A DNA stretch of 62,736 bases, the filler included, from Candidatus Zapsychrus exili (GTDB taxonomy: Bacteria > Omnitrophota > Gorgyraeia > Zapsychrales > Zapsychraceae), in NCBI GenBank assembly GCA_030765585.1. It is 6 parts of 6 records of this genome, joined end to end, with 100 filler letters (N's around TTAATTAATTAA, not from the genome) between each part and the next. Parts side by side here need not be neighbours in the genome. Positions count along the whole stretch, not along the records: positions 56,849 to 62,736 come from JAVCCJ010000064.1; 5 more parts are not named here. One strand, given 5' to 3'. The notes under the pieces were generated by a model that worked only from the letters and a program-made list of their open reading frames with translations, made no database searches and was not told the DNA's origin. Below are positions 60,173-62,736 of this stretch, in pieces; position 1 is the stretch's first letter; every line of letters begins with the position of its first letter. Both the position numbers and the translations under genes were made by a program.

Positions 60173-62087
60173 TCTCACGCCTAGTTTTTTTAAATGAATC
60201 TGACAAATCCTCTAAATATTCCCATCGCTGATAAATATTCAATAATTCCTCTTCAACAGACTCTAGCTCGACTTTAACGCGAGCGATCTCTTTTGAATCT
60301 TTATTAAAGAAATCAGGCTCAGCCATACTTTCTAATATTTCATCCTGACGTCCTTCCAATTTTTCAATCACTAACGGAAAATCTTCTAGTTCATGTTTTT
60401 CCTTACTGCTAAGCTGACGTGGTTTGTCTGATGATTTGTTCTCTGTCTTTTTAACTGTGCTCTTTTTAGATTCCTTATTATCTTCAGTCTCTTTCTGTTT
60501 TATATTCAACCAATCATCATACCCACCTACATATTCACCAACTTCTCCATCTCCATCTAAAACAATTGTGGATGTGACAACATTATTTAAAAAAGCTCTA
60601 TCATGACTAACCAACAAAAGTGTACCCTTATATTCCAGCAACAGTTCTTCTAATAGTTCTAAAGTTTCTACATCAAGATCATTAGTTGGCTCATCCATAA
60701 CCAACAAATTAGATGCCCGAGTAAACAAGCGTGCAAGTAAAAGTCGATTACGTTCTCCACCAGACAAAACCTTAACAGGTGTACGACATTGCTCAGGTGA
60801 AAATAAGAAATCTTGTAAGTAACCAATAACATGGCGAGGCTTTCCATCTACTACAACAGTATCACTACCATCCGAGACATTCTCCATGACTGTTTTGCTT
60901 TCATCTAATTGCTCGCGTAGTTGATCAAAATAAGTCACCTTTACATTGGTACCCATTTTTAGTTCACCTGCCTGAAGCGCAAGTTTCCCCAACATCAAAT
61001 TAATCAGCGTCGTTTTTCCAGAACCATTTGATCCCATCAGTCCAATTTTATCGCCACGTACAATATTAGTTGAGAAATCGCGAATCAAACATTGGTCACC
61101 ATAACTAAATCCCAAATGTTTTGCCTTGATCACTATTTGGCCAGAACGATTTGATTCTTGCGCTACCATTCGCACTTGACCAATCACCTGACGCTGAGCT
61201 CGTTTTTCGGCTCGCATGCGTTCTAGCGCTTTTACACGGCCTTCATTACGTGTTCTACGGGCTTTAATGCCTTTTCGAATCCATGCTTCCTCTTGCGATA
61301 GTTTTTTAGCAAATTCCACTCGCTGATTAGCTTCAACCTCTAAAGCTGCTTGTTTGCGCTCAAGAAAAATATCATAATCACATGACCAGCTAAAAAGCTT
61401 TCCGCGATCTAGTTCAACAATCTTTGTTGCCATGTGTCTCATAAACATACGATCATGCGTAACAAACAAAATAGTACCATGATAGGCTTTAAGAAATCCT
61501 TCTAGCCATTCTATAGACTCGATATCCAAATGATTCGTAGGCTCATCAAGTAATAAAACCTCTGGGCTTAAAACCAAAGCCTTGGCTAAAAGAACCCTGC
61601 GTTTTTGTCCGCCAGATAAGCTTTCAAATTCATCATCCCCATTTAATTTCATATGCGAAAGTACATTCTCGGCCTCAGCATCTAAATCCCATCCATCAGT
61701 GTGATTAAGCTCTTCTTGCAAACGATCAAGCTCTTGCATAAGCTTTGGTGCGTGGTCGGTTTGCAGCAGATGTGCCACATGATGATAATCCTTAATCAAC
61801 TGAGCTCGCTCTCCTAGCCCAGAAAATACAATATCAAAGACCGTGCCTGTAAGACCTTTAGGAACTTCTTGCGGAAGATGTGTTACATTAATATCTTTTT
61901 GATAAACAATCTTTCCCTGATCAAGCGAAACTTGCCCTGCCATTACCTTCATAAGCGTTGTTTTTCCCACGCCATTACGACCCAACAAAGCAACCCTCTC
62001 GCCGGACTCTAGCTGTAAGTTCATTTGATCAAACAGCAATGGCCCACCAAAGGCAAGCGAAACATCTTGTAAACTAATAAGTGCCAT
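60165..62087 (-). CDS. uup: ABC-F family ATPase Uup
   Basis: Two ABC domains; [20 protein letters not shown] linker; C-terminal coiled coil ending RWEYLE. Confidence 0.92.
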   Translation of the reverse strand: MALISLQDVSLAFGGPLLFDQMNLQLESGERVALLGRNGVGKTTLMKVMAGQVSLDQGKIVYQKDINVTHLPQEVPKGLTGTVFDIVFSGLGERAQLIKDYHHVAHLLQTDHAPKLMQELDRLQEELNHTDGWDLDAEAENVLSHMKLNGDDEFESLSGGQKRRVLLAKALVLSPEVLLLDEPTNHLDIESIEWLEGFLKAYHGTILFVTHDRMFMRHMATKIVELDRGKLFSWSCDYDIFLERKQAALEVEANQRVEFAKKLSQEEAWIRKGIKARRTRNEGRVKALERMRAEKRAQRQVIGQVRMVAQESNRSGQIVIKAKHLGFSYGDQCLIRDFSTNIVRGDKIGLMGSNGSGKTTLINLMLGKLALQAGELKMGTNVKVTYFDQLREQLDESKTVMENVSDGSDTVVVDGKPRHVIGYLQDFLFSPEQCRTPVKVLSGGERNRLLLARLFTRASNLLVMDEPTNDLDVETLELLEELLLEYKGTLLLVSHDRAFLNNVVTSTIVLDGDGEVGEYVGGYDDWLNIKQKETEDNKESKKSTVKKTENKSSDKPRQLSSKEKHELEDFPLVIEKLEGRQDEILESMAEPDFFNKDSKEIARVKVELESVEEELLNIYQRWEYLEDLSDSFKKTRRENG

Positions 62088-62124
62088 ATATATTTTTCCT
62101 TACTGGGTCTGACCCTAAGTATTC

Positions 62125-62150
62125 GGGCAAGGCACGCCTTTTGCCCCTAC
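62125..62150 (-). repeat. GTAG-family REP-like palindrome
   Basis: Minus strand GTAGGGGCAA-AAGGCGTGCC-TTGCCC. Confidence 0.55.
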
Positions 62151-62160
62151 TAATATTTTT

Positions 62161-62736
62161 TTATTTTACCATAGAATAAAGCTCTCTAATACCGTTGGCA
62201 TCTTGAATATAAACTTCTGGAATAAATTCAATCGAGGTAGAAATTTGTTTAGCCATAAGTAAAGAAAAGCGCTTTTGCTGCAACTCATCGCTAGCATTGT
62301 ATATAGGATTTTGACTTAAATCATTTATCATCAACAACCCAGGCTCATTAGAAAACTCAAGATTCTTAATCAATTTCTTAAGCATTAAATCAAAAAAACT
62401 GTCCTTGTCCTTATAGATCTCAACAGCTGTTTTAAGAGTTATCTTTCCCCAATCCACTGCATTTAATTTGTGCAGAATTCCATAAATAGATGAATACTTT
62501 ATCAACCGTTTTTCACCAACACCACATTTGCGAGCATGATTGGCTAATAAAGCTGTTATTTCGGCATGTCTAAAGAATTTGACTTCCTTATGAATACTTT
62601 TAGTCAACACATCAAAAACATAAACACCACTTACAGCAAACGATGCCTCAACAATACTACGTTTAATAAGATCTTCAAATGCGCCCCAAATAACATCTTC
62701 GTCTTTGCGAATAACATTGAGAACCAGTATATGACA
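62161..62736 (-). CDS. Hypothetical protein, 5' end outside window
   Basis: Frame of the 149-aa ORF stays open to window end (CHILVLNVIRKDEDVIWGAFED...). Confidence 0.7.
   Translation of the reverse strand, partial: CHILVLNVIRKDEDVIWGAFEDLIKRSIVEASFAVSGVYVFDVLTKSIHKEVKFFRHAEITALLANHARKCGVGEKRLIKYSSIYGILHKLNAVDWGKITLKTAVEIYKDKDSFFDLMLKKLIKNLEFSNEPGLLMINDLSQNPIYNASDELQQKRFSLLMAKQISTSIEFIPEVYIQDANGIRELYSMVK

Noticed and set aside
1..62736. CRISPR array, cas genes, reverse transcriptase/DGR, rRNA, alternative genetic code
   Set aside because: No regularly spaced repeats or such genes seen; the 26335-27900 repeat differs largely at synonymous sites rather than only at adenines; long ORFs read normally in code 11

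Overview
A 62.7-kb window from a low-GC, diderm, probably anaerobic bacterium. The giant envelope proteins and gene set suggest Omnitrophota/PVC, but that is inference only. The window is not contiguous: five artificial 100-nt N-TTAATTAATTAA-N spacers join six contigs. A (1-27900) holds a GH161-like glucan phosphorylase, housekeeping genes and a co-oriented envelope cluster (GIGT-repeat protein, ~2970-aa DUF11/beta-barrel adhesin, 2272-aa TPR/charged-helix rod, AsmA, PilZ-TM-coiled-coil). B (28001-39416) looks like a tandem cassette array. Three hairpin+CTCCCCG junctions, each opening a start-less 'LPxxD/E' reading frame (two ending in a ParB-type HTH), separate an AbiE toxin-antitoxin pair, a single orphan gene, a 7.2-kb ANTAR-attenuated nitrogen module (GAF-GAF-ANTAR, porin, amt, glnK, ptsP) and pstB-phoU. 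C (39517-46148) is a Fur-linked NifB/NifX, MinD-ferredoxin, Mrp cluster. D (46249-51859) has a metal ABC uptake operon preceded by a CPAC...RSPP leader peptide, plus a candidate sRNA. E (51960-56748) is a tyrosine-integrase satellite-like element bounded by a tRNA-Pro 3' fragment, followed by a probably leaderless HTH-Fic gene. F (56849-62736) has an IS30 end, a DEAD-box helicase, an SDR and uup. The best novelty candidates are the cassette array in contig B, its three ANTAR attenuators and the giant envelope protein pair.
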